From Okamejei kenojei (Eukaryota), in NCBI GenBank assembly GCA_035221665.1, contig CM069142.1, positions 17,670,001 to 17,734,000 of the forward strand: a stretch of DNA of 64,000 bases. Direction: 5' to 3'. Under the pieces are notes generated by a model. The model ran no database searches. It worked only from the letters and a program-made list of their open reading frames with translations, and was not told where the DNA came from. A program made the position numbers and the translations under genes. Shown here piece after piece: positions 27,375 through 40,509 of the stretch (its first letter is position 1; each line of letters begins with the position of its first letter).

Positions 27375-28385
27375 TTGTATTGGTGTGACCCTTCCTCGCT
27401 GCTTTCTTTGGCTTCTGGGGTACCTCTTTAAGTGTGGGAGACGCCAGCGAGGAGGTGCATGTGAGCATCTGTCTCATTTGGAAACACTGTTAGGGTTCCT
27501 GGATGGAGTTGAGGGAGGAAGTATAAGGATGGGTGTTGCATCTTCTGTGCTTGTCGGGGAAAGTATTTGGGGAGCGGGTGGTTTGGGTGGGATATGAGTG
27601 AGCCAAGGAGTGAGCAGACTTGTGGGGAAAGTGGAGATGGGAAGATGTGGTTGCACTACGTTGGAGGTGATGGTAATTTTTGCAGATACAAGTGTTGGTT
27701 GCGGACATTGGTGAAGGGAAAGGAGAGAACCGGGGGACCTCTATCTTTGTTGCGCCTGTGGCAAGAGGGGACAAGAGTGGAACTCCAGAACATAGAGGTG
27801 CAGGATCCATATGACAGCCAGGGGGAAACCATGGCTGTCATATGGATCCTGCATCTTTGGAAGCGGCAGGGTGGGAGGAAGTGCAATCGAGATAACTCTG
27901 GGAGTCGGTTTGTCATTGACGTCAGTCGATAGTCTGTCCTCGGTGATGGAGACAGAGAGATCAAGAAAGGGGAGAGAGATGTCAGAGATAGTCCAGGTGA
28001 ATTTGAAGGCAGGGTGGCAGTCCTTGAGTCCTGCACAGATACAGGAGGCAACCCTGATGCAGTCATCGATGCAGTGGAGAAAGAGTTGCAGGATAGGACT
28101 GGTATGTGCCTGGATTAAGGACTGTTCAACGTAACCAACAACAATACAGGCATATGCCCTTGCCCCCCCCCCCTTTAACTTGGAGAAAGTGAGAGGAGTC
28201 CAAAGGGATGTTGTTGAAGGCGAGGACAAGTTCTATTAGGCGGAGGAGAGTTGGTGGAGGGAAATTGGTTGGGTCTCTGTTCAAGGACTAAACGGGGGGC
28301 CTTTCGGTTGGGGGGGGGGGGGGGGGGGGATAGAGGAGCAGAGGGACTGCACGCACATGGCAAAGATGAGTGACTGAGGGCCTAA
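27375..28385 (-). mobile_element. Penelope-like element RT remnant
   Basis: AYACIVVGYVEQSL...LFLHCIDDCI...KFTWTISDISLPFLDLSVSI...DKPT matches PLE RT motifs (degenerate YIDD). Confidence 0.85.
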
Positions 28386-28411
28386 AAGCTGAAAGTTATT
28401 AAAGATTTGAA

Positions 28412-29000
28412 GATTGCTCACTACTTCAACTCGCTTCTCATTCCCGCACTGACCTTTCTGTCCTTGGCCTCCTCCATTGCCAGAATGAGGCCACACTCAA
28501 ATTGGAGGAACAGCATCTTGTATTTCACTTGGGTAGTTTAAAATCCAGCGGTATGAATCTTGAATTCTCTCATTTTAGGTAACTTCTACAGACTTGGATG
28601 ATCTGCCATGATCATATTGAATGGTGGTGCAGGCTCGAAGGGCCGATGGCCTACTCCTGCACCTATTTTCTATGTTTCTATACACATTCCTCCCCTTTCC
28701 CTCTCCCCTTCCTCAACTAAAAGTCAGTCGATCAGTTCTTCGCTCACAACGATGTATTTGTCACCCTGTCCCATGCCAACAATCGCCTATCAGAGAACCT
28801 CCTTGCCGGAGGTCATCTGTTGCCAACCCCGATGTTGACCTTTTTTGTTCCTAACTTCCAGTTTCTCCCCCCCCCCCCCCCCCCCCCCACACCAAAATAA
28901 GTCTGAAAAAGGGTCCCGACCCGAAAATGCCACACCTACGTTTTCTCCAGAGATGCTGCCTAACCCGCTGAGTTTCTCTAGCATTTTGTGTCTATCTTCA
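28412..29000 (+). mobile_element. PLE 3' end / pseudo-LTR in inverted orientation, with a CR1 tail inserted at ~28595-28682
   Basis: AHYFNS...DLSVLGLLHCQNEATLKLEEQHLVFHLGSL...GMN (GIY-YIG C-terminus), then the terminal repeat gtctgaaaaagggtcccgacccgaaa. Confidence 0.8.
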
Positions 29001-32000
29001 ATCTACATGAATACTTTTTCAAATGCTGCGTCCTCTGATTTTTTTTTTAAAGCAAGAGTTTCATTTTTTCGAATTTCATTTTCATTAGGTATGACATATT
29101 TGCAGTGCTGCTCCAAGTAAGATTTATGTCTGCATAGTTCCAACTGTTCTGTGCTTAAAATGCACGTAGTTAGGGTGAATAGCAGCTTCAAACAGTTCAG
29201 GACTGCACGTAAGTAGAATAGTTGTTATGTTGTTGAAAGGCAGGCGTTTCTCTGTGGGAGAGTACATAGACTGTTGCCCAAACTACAGTGACAGCTGCCC
29301 TGCACTGTTTGAAGCTAGTATTTAGGCCATTACTTGAATAAATCCTTATATGTGCTGTCAATAGGAAGTTGTAATGTGGGTAGCTATACTTTTAGGCAGG
29401 AAGTTTGTTGCTTCTGCGTGACGTCTGGAATTTGAAACATCTTGGGGCCTCAACAGTGTCGACATCAGAGGCTGGGAAGCCTGATTGTTCCTCCCCTATA
29501 GAGTTCTTCTTTCAAGGGCAGTTGATTTGTTTTGGTGCGTGTGCACCAGCTAAGGGGAAAGATGGTTGATTGCTCAAATTGCATTTAAACGACTGAAAGG
29601 ACAAGAGTGTGACACAAAATAAATAGTTTTAATTTTAGAGCACTTGATGGCATTTGTGTCTTGTAAACTGCAGTCACCAACAATGTTTTGGTGTGAGGAT
29701 TCGGAAGACAACTGTAAGTGTAAACTGCTGAATAATATTTTTGTCACTGCGTGCAAATTCTCTTGTTTACAATGCATTTTTCATGTGGACACATTAATGA
29801 AAATAGCAATGTTTAACTGAGCAATTTGTTCTAGCGCATTTCAGCCTCCCAATTAGAGGTGATTCATCTCGGGAAATTGTTAAATGTATGAATAAGTAAG
29901 CAAGAATTTGTGCATCTTTGTGTGACATAATGTATGTAAAATATTATTTGGCAAGTGTAAATTATTTGGAGAATGATTGTAACTTGAACTTTTATGTTTA
30001 TTACCAAAGGTGCCTTTTTTTACACCAAAAGCAGTAATTCTTGGAGATTCCACAGAAACGTTTTGACACGTGGAATTATGGTGCTTGTTTAAAGTGACAG
30101 TGTTACTGTAAAGCTGTGTGACAAATTGCCAGCTATGTACCAGGTGACAGAGGAATATGTTGGCAAACAAAATTCAACACTGGAGGGCATTTGACCCTCA
30201 TATCTGCGCCTGCGTTATCATTGTTTTCAACTGACCCCTTTGCACTAAGCCTGTTTCTTAAAGCTTTCCCTGTGTATTGATTATGGTTACCTTTGATGTT
30301 TTCCAGAATTTGATCCATCTTGAAAATATACTTCTAACCATAAAGTTACCCTAAAGACATTAATGCTGCAATACATGTTCTGTTTTCTTCTGTGGCCATT
30401 GGAAGCAATTTGTTTGGGAGCTTGTTTTTGACTTTACCAAAGTTCACATTAAATGAAAAACATTTATAACTTGTTCTGGTCAGTGTTTGTTTTGGCAATC
30501 GCTGGGTAACAAATGAGTTCTGTTCTTACAGATTGCCATAATTCTATTTTGTCTAAGCTGGAATATATTCTAAAAATCACCCCCCCCCCCCCCCCCCCCA
30601 ACAGTATTGTAATAAAGAGCATCACAAACAAGTCAGATAAAAAAAGAATGTGTGAGAGAGAAAGAGAGAGGAAACTACTTCTGCTCTTAATGGATACAAA
30701 CATACATATGTACATTGGACCGGCATTGGAGCAAGCACAATACAGGTGGTACCTAGTGATGAACGACGGAATTGACAATAAGTATGTGTATCCATAACCT
30801 GGTGTTCATGCCTGTATTGTGCTTGCTTATGGAAATATTACTTTAGGATTTGTAATCAATTCAAAATCTGCAAATGCACCTTGTGACTGAAGATGTTTTT
30901 ATTGACACTCTAGAAGATGATGGCATTATTCATAACAGCAACTTGACCTTTATTCTGTTGTCGCTCTGCAGAGCTTGCTGGATTACATGGAAAGTAATAG
31001 CTCATTAAAAATACTTGTGTGCACTTCTCAAACATGTGTGTATCACTGGATAGGAATAATGGCCTGGTTCTTGCATTCCCTGGTCAGTTGAAGGCTGTAG
31101 ATGCTATACTTGAAGAAAGTTCTGCACGTAAAATGCAGTAGTCTCCATAGCATTGACGCCCTTTGCTAACATCCGATGTCCTTGGCATTGTTTTAATGTG
31201 AACCTTGCAACAGTGATGTTATCAACTGAGCTGACAGGCAGTCATGGAAAAATGGGCAAACTAATCCCCAGGAATGCAAGAGTGCAAGTGTTTCCAAACA
31301 TTAAAAGATTTTGAGTTTAAAGTAAGGACTAGAATATATTAAAACAATATCAAAATAGATAATGGAAAAATCAAACCATTTTTAACAAAGGAATGTTATC
31401 TTACAATGTATGAATTGAAATATTTAAGAGGGGAACAATATGTATCAATCCTTTTATGGTGATGGAGTTGAACGGTAAATGGCTTACTAATCTTGCAGTG
31501 CATACAAAATCTATATTTTTTTTAGTATGTTTTGTAAGTGGCCAAATGTCATTTCCCTTTTCCCTCGATCAGGATGCAGAAAACGCAAAGGGATGCAAGA
31601 TTGCTAAATTATTGATCTCAATATCTGTATTGAACTGTGAAAGTGAAGAAATGCTCAATTGCATACCAATTGATTGGGCAATGATGGCAAAATCTGTCAG
31701 AGATTCATGAAGTGGCAATAATTAGTTGAATGGGTAGACAAGGCTCCCAATCAAAAGTGGACAAGGTGCACACATACTTGTTTATGCACTTCTCAGGATG
31801 TTGGAAAATATTCCAGCACAGATAATTGTTTGTGAAAAGTACCATTTAAGGGAAAAAATAGAATAACTAAGGAAGATGCATCGAGTATTTTATTGCAATT
31901 ACGCAATAAACTTTAGTGAACCTGAAAAACCTGTTCTTGGAACTAGCATGTTTCAAAATCGATAGATATCAGAAAAAGTATATATTTAGCTGATGAAAAT

Positions 32001-32269
32001 ATATATTGCCAGTGACGTTGAGCCTACTGCAGTTATTGTCTTTCCATTGATTTTATGCCTGTCCGAGCACCGAGTGCATAGAGTTTTGTTAATAGCTCAT
32101 GCAAAACAAACTGGTTGAAGAACTCAGCAGGTCAGGCAGCGTCTGTGGAGGGAACTGGCTAGTCTTGCAGTTTGCCTCTGGCATTTCCTGTCCTATTCTG
32201 TCTCCATATTCCAATTGGTTTTGGCTCCATCACTGCTCTTTCATTTAATAGATCTACACCCATGGCATG

Positions 32270-32357
32270 AAGATAGACACACAATAATTTACACTCAGCG
32301 GGACAGGCAGCATCTCTGGATAGAAGGAATTGGTGACGTTTCGGATTGAGACCCTTC
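32270..32357 (-). mobile_element. PLE terminal-repeat fragment (older pieces at ~32100-32160, ~33060-33140, ~33715-33830)
   Basis: ctcagcgggacaggcagcatctctgg...gtgacgtttcgg. Confidence 0.75.
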
Positions 32358-34589
32358 CACCCACGGCACATTGTCCTCCTTTAACTGTCCATAGCTGTGT
32401 CCCTGGCTGTTTTGTACAACTTCCTTCAAACCTTTGTTTACTTGTGACTACTCCTCGTGTGTCCCTGAGAAGTATTAAATGGCTGCTCCCCTTTCAGATG
32501 CGTTGGATATGTTTGCCAGATTCAAATATGAAGGCACAAACACCATGCTTTGGTCACCCTGGCCAAATGTGATTTGGTCCAATGCATCCCTGAACCTCTG
32601 CATGTATATGATGGTTGGTTGCAAAGTGGTATGATTTGATTGAATGTGGGTGAACCACCACTATAGTCATGCCCCTATACTTTGCCATATAACTATATCA
32701 GAATCCCAAGTGAAGCCACTACGGATTTTGAAATGGAGAGATCGAGGAAGGTTTAAGGGACTTAATTTCTTAATTTCCAAATGGCACGTGCGCCACAGTT
32801 TTCTCGGGTCACTGTTAGGGACTGAATGTCATTGGTACTTCATTCTCACATGTACCTAGTTACAGTAAATTATTTTTATGCGTTCAGTTCAGTGACAATC
32901 TTACTATACATTAGGCACAATGTAAGATAGTAGATTATCCGTTATGTGGTCACTCTGATGTTGATCATTTATTGCCCTTATTTTGCATCAGTGTAATGGG
33001 CGCAAGGAAAGCACGACCCTGTAATTTGTACATTGATGCAGGGAAAGCAGAAAGTAAAATATGAAATGCTGGAAGTATTCAGCAGTTCAGGTGACATTTG
33101 TGGAAAGTCAGAGTTAATTTTGTAGGGTGATGACCCTTTTTGAGAAGTGAGAAAACTTGAGTCTAACTTCTGGAAAACAAATTTGCGGAGTATAAATTCC
33201 TGACTTTGAACACTGCAAATTCTTGTCAGAAATTTGGCTACACATCACTCAAACGTTTGCAACCGTTACTTCGAATATCTGAAAAAAATCATGTGCAGCT
33301 GAATTTCTCTGGTACACTTCCAAGGGTTGAGGATCCCTGCTAAGAAAGCTGTTGTAAATAATCTGTAATTGCCTCAGCTTGGAGTCTTCCCAGACCTGTG
33401 TTTTCTGTTTAATTATTCCAACATTGGAACAAAGCAGATATTTAAAATTTGAAGTTTGGTTTGGTAATAAACATCTTGCTAACTGCAAAATATCCATTAT
33501 GGTTGTCATATTGGGAACCATTTGCCTCAGGTGGTTTGTCTCATGGTTAATGCTTCATGTCCAATGGCTGAGAGGTTGTTCTGGAAAGTTCTTCATGTCC
33601 ATTAAGGAAACTATTAATTGCGGTGGGTGGAAAGCACCCTCAGAGATTGCATTGTGCATGGATAAATGTAGAAAATAAATAGGATCAATAAACGGGTTTA
33701 TAGGGTGAAAGACTGCTGGAGGATTTCAATGGGTCAATCTGAAGAAGGATCCTGACCGGAAACATTGCCCTTCCATTCTTTCCACAGATCTGTCGCCTGA
33801 TCCACTGAGTTCCTCCAGCAGTCTGCGTTTAGCAACTTCGTCTTGCAGCCTCCAGTGTTCCCAGTTTTAAAATATCAATTTTATATCAAACTTCAACAAA
33901 GGATAAAATTCTGTGAAGAATTTCAGGGTAATGAAATTATGTCACATTTCTACCTCATTGTAATTGGATTGAAAGAAATTTGCTGGAGGCGTTTTGCTCT
34001 TTGCACTATTGTGGGTTGGCATCTTGAATTTTTGCCAAGGCCAAGAACAGAATAATAATACCACGGATCTATTTGGAATTCTGTCTTATTAAAACACCTA
34101 TAAAGCACAGTGCCAGAGATTTATTTCATGAAGTGTCACAGTATTTTTGTTTTAGATGTTCTCAGTTGGCCAAAAGCTGCCTCACAGTGGGGCACAGAGG
34201 TGAAGGTTATGTGTTCATTGTGAGAGTTTTGGGTCTTTGTTTGGTTCCATTCAATGCCCAAATATCCCCGAGGAGAGATGTGCATGAACCATCTTTCTCA
34301 TTAACTCCATTAACGAATTAAACTAACTCCATCAGCCACTGAAGAGTTTCGGGAGCTTCTATTTAAAACAAAACCAAACAATTTCATCCTTCTTTACGAT
34401 CACTTCATGCCTCGAAGTGCAAGAACAAACAGGAGAATAGAGTAGGCCTTCAAGCATACTTCAAATAAAATCTCAACATATTGCTGCAAAATCTGTAAAG
34501 TGGTTTTGAGGGGAAATATTAAATTAGAAGGAAACTATTATTGTTCTAAATGAATGAACTAGTGATTTCCTGCCCACTTGATTTCACTT

Positions 34590-35038
34590 TTTAGTTCAGT
34601 TTAGATTGACAACATGGGAACATGCTCTTCAGCCCACGGAGTCCACACCGACCATCGATCATCCATTCACACGAGTTCTATGTTAACCCACTTCTCATCC
34701 ACTCCCTGCACACTAGGGGAAATTTTCAGAAGCCACTTGTCCTACATACCTGCATGTCTTTGCGACGTGGGAGGAAACTGGAGCGCCTGGAAAAACCTGT
34801 GCGGTCACAGGCAAACAATCAATCAGTTTTACTCATCACATGTACAATAAAGTGCAGTGAAATGAATTGGCCAACAGCGGTACAATCAAAAAAGAACACA
34901 CAATACACAATAACATTGAACACAAACATCGTGGACATATCGTGCAAATTGCATACGGACATCACCCGAGGTCAGGATTGAACCCGGGTTTCTGGTGCTG
35001 TGAGGCAGCATCTCTACCAGCTGGGCCACTGTGCCGCC
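34590..35038 (-). mobile_element. V-SINE with a ~115-bp nested retroelement tail (~34817-34930)
   Basis: SINE match interrupted by atcaatcagttttact...aacacaaaca; aaaca on both sides. Confidence 0.75.
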
Positions 35039-35649
35039 CTCGTGTCACCCTTCTTCCTTAGTTTCCATTTGCTCATGATGCAAACTCAATATGAAGTGTG
35101 ATTTGGTGAGCTGCACCGCCTGACACTCTACCCTGTCTAGGCTGACTTTGGCCTATGTCCTCCAGAGTGTGAGTGTGAAGCAGCTTCAATTACTGTATCA
35201 CTTCTTCACTGTTTCCTTACAAATATTTTTCAACTTATTTACTTGATTTTTTTTGTTCTCCAACAGCACCCTTTTCAGTGACTCACCAGATAGTTACAGA
35301 TTTTGTTGGGGAAGAGTATTTATCTCCCGTTTTCTTTGATTCTGTTAGAGTAAGGCAAGGATCAATCAAATAGTATCCCTTTGGAGTCCGTGGGCAGCAG
35401 AAAGTGGCAGTGATTTTGTTTCCACTTAAAATTCTGTCACAATCTACAATTAATTCGTAGCACATGCAGCTCAATACCAAATTCATACCATGTACCCCAT
35501 TTGCCTCAAGATAAAACGTCCCTTTGCATAATGTTTTTTAAGCCATAACACACATAGAACGTATTACATTAAAAGTAAAAACTAAAACGAGGAATTATAC
35601 GATTCACTCTTACTGTTTGGCTCATGGTATCCTTTTCTTTCCCTACTTG

Positions 35650-35846
35650 GTCACACTCGGACTATCCTTGACTGGACTTTACTGACCTTACCTTGGAATA
35701 AACGATATTCCCATATCATGTATCTCTATACTGTAAATGGCTCGATTGTAATCATGTATTGTCTTTTTGCTGATTGGATAGCAAGCAACAAAACCTTTTC
35801 ACTGTTACACGTGACAATAAACTAATCTATGCTAAATTAAACTAAA
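35650..35846 (+). mobile_element. Rex1/Babar-like 3'UTR tail
   Basis: Homologous to the reverse complement of 16215-16400 (gattgtaatcatgta...cttttcactgt...gtgacaataaactaa). Confidence 0.7.
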
Positions 35847-36344
35847 CCTTTTCTCTCTTGCCGAACAATTGATCTCTTTTCTATTCGGTTTCCCCGTCAT
35901 CCAAAGCTGAGCCAGTATAATATATACCTGAAAATCTGTTTTCGTCACGTTTCAAATAAACTTCTTTTACTTTCATTTTATTTGAATCGACCTTGTAAAT
36001 AATCGTCTTTCACATTGCGATTCTTCTGAAAGATGTGTATTCAGAGCAAAGATTATACTTTTCTCTTTCTCCTTTCCTCTCTGTCGATTCCAGTTTTGAT
36101 TTCTCTTCGTTTATTCCAATGGAACGATCATCCCAGTAATTTGAGTTAATGCCCCACAATTGTTCAAATTAAGATGCAGGTTAAGTTTTTTTCATTGCGT
36201 ACAAGGAGCTTGGTGAGTGAGTGGGTTACAAGGTCGAAGTGAAGTTGCATTGATTAGTATAGAACTTTCTGACTGACTTAAATCTTTTGCTTAAGATGTA
36301 TCCAAGGAACATACCTTCATTTTCATGTGCATGTGCACTTCTGA

Positions 36345-36658
36345 AGTTTGGATTAGATTGGAGATGTGACAGGGAAACCGGCCCTTTGGCCCATCGAGTC
36401 CATACTGACCATCGATCACCGATTCAAACAAGTTCAATGTTATCCAACTTTCATATCCATTTCCAACACATTAGAGTCCAATTAACCTACTAACCTGTGG
36501 GTCTTTGGGATGTGGGAGGAAAGTGGAGCATGTCAACAAACCCACACGGTCACAGGGAGAACGTGCAAACTCCACATGGAGAGCACCCAAGGTCACAATC
36601 AAACGGGGTTTCTAGCGTTGTGAGTCAGCAGCTCCTACAGCGGTGTCACTGTGCCAGC
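36345..36658 (-). mobile_element. V-SINE
   Basis: acccacacggtcacagggagaacgtgcaaactccaca. Confidence 0.82.
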
Positions 36659-37880
36659 CTCCTCTGCTACTTTGCCATCCCAGTTAATTTCGGGAGTGTA
36701 CATTTGGTTTTAGTAGAAGAGTCATCAGAGTACAACCGCATCCATCCAACAGAAAGCGGAGGATGTTTTTTACCATTAGTAATTCCAGAAAACACAGAAT
36801 GTGGCGCAGTTGCTATTAATGCCAGATAGTTGATGGGCAGCTAATCTTTTTTTGAAACTTCTCAAAGATTACACAAATGTAAAGTCAAGGTATTTTGGAA
36901 AATGCTGTGCAAGGAGAATTATTTTACCTCTGGGGGTGGTGTGTGGGGCAGAGGAGGAATGTGATTATGGTATTGAGGTGGGACGTTCCTACACTAATTA
37001 TGGATGGAGGCTGCACTTCATGTGGCTCCACAAGATTGCTGGTATTTTCTTTTGGCTAGAAATTCAAAGGGGAGAGCCCATTATTGATCCTTCCATGTTT
37101 TTCATATCCAACAGGAGAAACATTTAATTGTGTAATTCAGCCACTCCTTATCTCTAAGTTTGTGAGTAATGGACGTGCTTTGAATTTGATGTAATTTCTG
37201 CCATATTTCAGGCATGTTTTGGCTGGATGTAGTTTTTTTTAAGTCCTCCATAATACATTGCATTGAAAGTGGAAACTAAACTAAGAATTATTATAGACTA
37301 TTATTCCTGTAGCTTGGGTGGTGATACACATTCTCTCTTGCAGAACGCTTTACCTTCTCATAGACATGACGAGATTTGTGATGCAATTACTTCTGCGCAC
37401 CACCAGAGTCATTTGCAATGGCTATATTTTTTTTTATAGTTCTAATTAAACCTTAACTTTTATGATGCTTGCACAGGAGTCGGCAGCAACCAACTGCTGC
37501 AGGTCAGTGCTTAAGTGATTGACGAGAGTGCGAGAGTGGAGGTGCAGCGCCCTGCTGTTACCTGTGCTATAGGGCTGCCAACAGAAGCATTACAATCTAA
37601 TCTCCTGCCTCCAGTTGCCCTGCTCGTTCACTCCTAACTTGGGGCACCTCCTGCTTCCACACTCAAGGCTGCCTCCAGATGGGAAAGAGAATGGACATTA
37701 TATAAACAAAAAGCGGGTTGTGGCTGATGTCAACAACAGAGGGTTCAGCGATTGGGGGGTGAAGGGATCCAATTGGAGTGTGAGGGGAAGGGTGGAAAGA
37801 AACAGGTGACATGAGGCTTAGGTTCAGGTGGGAAGGAGGTTCCTTTATGTTGTTTTGTTTTAAACGGAACTTTTGTTGTT

Positions 37881-38083
37881 TAGGAAGGAACTGCAGATGC
37901 TGGTTTAAACTGAAGATAGGCGCAAAAAGCTGGAGTAACTCAGCGGGACAGGCAGCATCTCTGGAGAGAAGGAATGGGGACGTTTCGGGTCGAGGCCCTT
38001 CTTCCGACGTCTCGACCCATTTCTTGTCTCCAGAGATGCTGCCTGTCCCATTGAGTTACTCCAGCATTTTGTGTCTGCCTTCG
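37881..38083. mobile_element. PLE palindrome; degraded pseudo-LTR pieces extend to ~38530
   Basis: gctggagtaactcagcgggacaggcagcatctctggaga / tctccagagatgctgcctgtcccattgagttactccagc. Confidence 0.85.
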
Positions 38084-38704
38084 AAAAAAACACTCTTGAT
38101 GTGTGAGAGGACGAGGGTAGATAGAAGAGGGAAAGTGGCTGAGGGGTTGTGGGTTACCTGAAGTTGGAGAATTCTATGTTTGTGATGTTTGGGCCGTCTG
38201 GGGGAATGTGAGGTGCTGTTTGTCTAGTTTGCAGCATGCCAGCAGTGGAGGGGACCGAGGTCAGGCAGGCTGGCGGGCTTCGGAATGAGAAGGGAATTAA
38301 AATAAATGGCAACTGGGAATTCCTGATGGTCACAGTGGACCTGTTGCCACCAGGCTTCATTCAGTTACATTCTTCACATTCCCGTCCCATCAGCATCCAG
38401 AACATGCAGCCTTTGTTGGCTCCAAGGGTCTTGTCTGTAAACATTGACTATCCATTTCCCTCCACAGATGCTGCCTGACCCATGGAGTCTATTCAGCTAT
38501 TCTCCATATTTGTTTTTTTCCTGCAGATTTTGCAGTCTGTCATACTTGGTCTCTTCATTAGCTTATTATTTTGGCTATTCATTAATATTTTGGCCTCCAT
38601 AAATGAGCTTGCATACCTACAAATTTCAATGGGAAGAATGTTGGAGTCGGGTACAGCACATTGACATTGGTATCTGGTGCATTTGTGCAAACAAGGATAA
38701 ATGA

Positions 38705-39290
38705 CTACCTGTTAGACCCCACAACCTTCCATTATAGCCACATGCCATTTTGTCCACCTTGTCTCTGTTTGTCTTTTGACTCTAGCAGTCTTGCTCATAC
38801 CCACTTCCCTGTGTTTTGTCCATAGTGCTGTAATAACTTCAGAATAAGTCTTATGAGAAATCTTGTTGACTCTCTTGTATTGATGGTCTCTGGTTCTGCG
38901 CCACAAGTAAAATCGATCTTTCGAGATCCATGCTCTCAAAAGCTTCTATAATTTTAAAGACCTCCATAAAGTCACCTATTAACTTTCCCCTGGCAAGAGA
39001 AGAGACAGTCTTTTAATCCTTGCATGATATTTATGTCCTTGCATTTCAGATAATATTCTACCCTTCAGCAAACCAAACAGTATATCATAGTTCACATGCA
39101 CTCTAAGCAAGGTTTGATGAGGATTTAACATAACTTTGCTACTTTTTAGTTCTATTCCTCAAGAAATCAGAATACTTTGTTAGCTCCTTTATAGCTTTGT
39201 TAACCTATATCTTTGATTGATAGATGTGTCTGCACACTGAGATCGCTTTGTTCCTTTACCCCACCTAGATTCATGCCTTCTGAGTAATAA
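38705..39290 (-). mobile_element. Old CR1 fragment
   Basis: Degenerate RTRDHQYK; ttttaaagacctccataaagtcacct is the reverse complement of the GDLIEVFK-type region. Confidence 0.55.
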
Positions 39291-39293
39291 GTA

Positions 39294-39428
39294 ACAGCAT
39301 CTCTGGAGGGAAGGAATGGGTGACATTTCGGGTCGTCTGAAGAAGGGTCTCGACCCGAAATATCCCCCTTTCCTTTCCTCCAGAGATGCTGCCTGTCCCA
39401 CTGAGTTACCTCAGAATTTTGTGTCTGT
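39294..39428. mobile_element. PLE palindrome with hammerhead-like core at 39337-39364
   Basis: CTGAAGA-A-GGGTCTCGACCC-GAAA-TA-TC. Confidence 0.82.
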
Positions 39429-40509
39429 CCAATAAACATTCTAGGAAATCCATTATTATCCTCTAAACACATTAGTTCAAATAATACAAAGATTGTTGAA
39501 ATCTGCCATGATTATTATTCTGTTGCTTACTCAAATCCCAAATTTGTCTTCCCATTTCTCCCACCATCTCTCTTTCACAGATATGCTCCTGAAGACTTCA
39601 CTGATGAGTGCGATTGATCTTTTATTATCATTTATCTCCGCATACTTAATAGCGCAAAACTACTAAAGTAGTCGGATCAAGCTCTTGCTTGTTTCCTTTG
39701 TTGTACTGTGTCCAATGACATTCTACTTTTATGAGCTGAATCTCTCACTAATAGTTGCCCATTCACAATCCTGAGGAAGATGAAAAATATCACAAATGTG
39801 CCAATGTCACTCCACAAAAAATGAGGAATAATGAGATGCATCCCTGCTTCAGTAGCATATATTGTGTGTCACCTTGGCTATAACATTTATGCCCAAGTTG
39901 CAAACAATGACAGAAACACAGTGTTAAACAGCAAGTAAAAGATTGGAAAGCGAGCAGTCTTCACTTTTGCGAATATTATTTCAAACTAAACTCTATATTA
40001 ACAAAATTCTTTACAATATGTAGAGCAGTATGTTGTGCGGTTTGCCATATGCCAACATTGATTCATTTAATGGCCTACAAGTGGAACACTGATGCGCTGT
40101 AATTCTGTGGTTTACTGGCGGTTGAAACTGGACCATTTGAGTCTATCAAAGCAGTTTGATTATCAAAGACTGAAGGAGTGTGTGTTTGAAGGACTCTGCA
40201 CTATTATTAAAATGTTTGACATCCAAAAGTGACCACTTTGCAGATTTTGCAGCAATATGGTGAAATGTTTTGAATTATGATTGAAGGCTGACTCCATTTT
40301 CCTATTTGTTCCTGCACATATCCACACACAGAGTGTACAGAAAGGTCATATGGAGAGATGAAAAGGTTTGGTTTTGTTCTTTTTCATAGAAGTATCCCTC
40401 GTATTTATGTTTGGGGAAACTTGATAGTGGTTTTCCGAACAGGACTCAAGCACATTTTGATCAGTGAAGTTAATGTAACTTTAAAGCATGTGGGCAGATT
40501 TATACCAAG

